NCBI GenBank assembly: GCA_964577665.1
Contig: CAZOBD010000007.1
Location: 1 to 61,119, forward strand
From: an uncultured Hyphomicrobiales bacterium
GTDB lineage: Bacteria > Bacteroidota > Ignavibacteria > Kapaibacteriales > UBA2268
Length of the DNA: 61,119 bases
Reading direction: 5' to 3'
The notes under the pieces were generated by a model. That model was not told where the DNA came from, searched no databases, and worked only from the letters and a program-made list of their open reading frames with translations. Each line of letters begins with the position of its first letter. Within the stretch, counting starts at the first letter, position 1. Both the position numbers and the translations under genes were made by a program. Positions 60,903-61,119 of the stretch are shown in pieces.

Positions 60903-60926
60903 AAGGGGGATGAATGTTTTGGGTAG
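60903..60926. repeat. direct repeat, copy 1 (aagggggatgaatgttttgggtag)
   Basis: Repeated at 61097-61119, at the window edge. The related ggggatga(a/t)t also occurs at 58441 and 58594. Confidence 0.8.
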
Positions 60927-60978
60927 ATTTACCAAATCATAGAGAAAAAAACGTAGTGCAATGAATAACCGTAAAAGA

Positions 60979-61053
60979 CCCCACCCCTTCCCTCCCCAAG
61001 GGGAGGGAGCAAGATCATTGAATACCCTCCCTTTGGGGAGGGTTAGGGTGGGG
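60979..61053. repeat. G/C-rich nested palindrome (REP-like)
   Basis: ccccaccc ... ccctcccc-aa-ggggaggg ... ccctccc-tttg-gggaggg ... gggtgggg. Two inner hairpins are enclosed by an outer stem. Confidence 0.8.
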
Positions 61054-61096
61054 CTAAAATAAAGAGATGAAACGCCTATGATTTTGAAAAGCACGC

Positions 61097-61119
61097 AAGG
61101 GGATGAATGTTTTGGGTAG
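61097..61119. repeat. direct repeat, copy 2 (aaggggatgaatgttttgggtag), truncated by window end
   Basis: Matches 60903-60926 with one fewer g. Confidence 0.8.

Noticed and set aside
60864-61094. 76-aa minus-strand ORF (..PSPWGGKGWG..)
   Set aside because: It is the translation of the G/C-rich nested palindrome and is a repeat artefact.
1-61119. tRNA, rRNA, tmRNA, RNase P RNA, transposase or integrase genes
   Set aside because: Reading the intergenic regions and the ORF list, I found no cloverleaf-like sequence, rRNA-like stretch, or DDE / tyrosine / serine recombinase motif. A proper tRNAscan or Infernal run could still reveal small RNAs I cannot see by eye.

Overview
This 61 kb window looks like an FCB-group (Bacteroidota/Ignavibacteriota-like) chromosome, judged from T9SS C-terminal sorting domains, a Bat aerotolerance operon and gene content. 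No phylum call is possible from sequence alone. It has three parts. (1) 1-18.4 kb is a core region. It holds an S1-domain protein, a MarR regulator, batB-batC-batD-batE (minus strand, translationally coupled), rpmH (too short for the ORF track), rnpA-yidD-yidC, a T9SS-sorted protein, an FAD oxidoreductase, an OmpA-family protein and a DUF1460-like protein. (2) ~18.45-32.85 kb is a visibly AT-richer accessory island. About 20 small cassettes sit almost all on the minus strand, and 16 of them are type II toxin-antitoxin modules: 4 HicAB, 5 RelE/ParE-type, 3 VapBC-type, and 4 copies of a PIN-like gene followed by an overlapping mini-ORF. Nearly every cassette junction carries one of two conserved repeat families: family A (10 copies, 18.9-25.9 kb) or family B (8 copies, 27.7-32.8 kb). 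A 4-gene operon of unknown function lies at the A/B boundary. The layout resembles an integron cassette array (CALIN-like), but I see no integrase in the window and no canonical attC core boxes. This is my top candidate for something undescribed. (3) 32.9-61.1 kb holds an AI-2E transporter, an ABC-F ATPase, a SAM hydroxide adenosyltransferase (DUF62) and a DUF2851-like protein. It also holds a single ~6,580-aa T9SS-sorted giant surface protein with about 33 Ig-like modules by eye, four FG-GAP/VCBS blocks each followed by FN3, and three NHL propellers that appear nested inside Ig-like modules. After it come a lipoprotein, a truncated ECF sigma fragment and an orphan UmuD/LexA-like S24 peptidase, all embedded in REP-like palindromic repeats. 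I recognised no rRNA, tRNA, CRISPR array, transposase or integrase. All functional calls rest on motif recognition by eye, with no database search.
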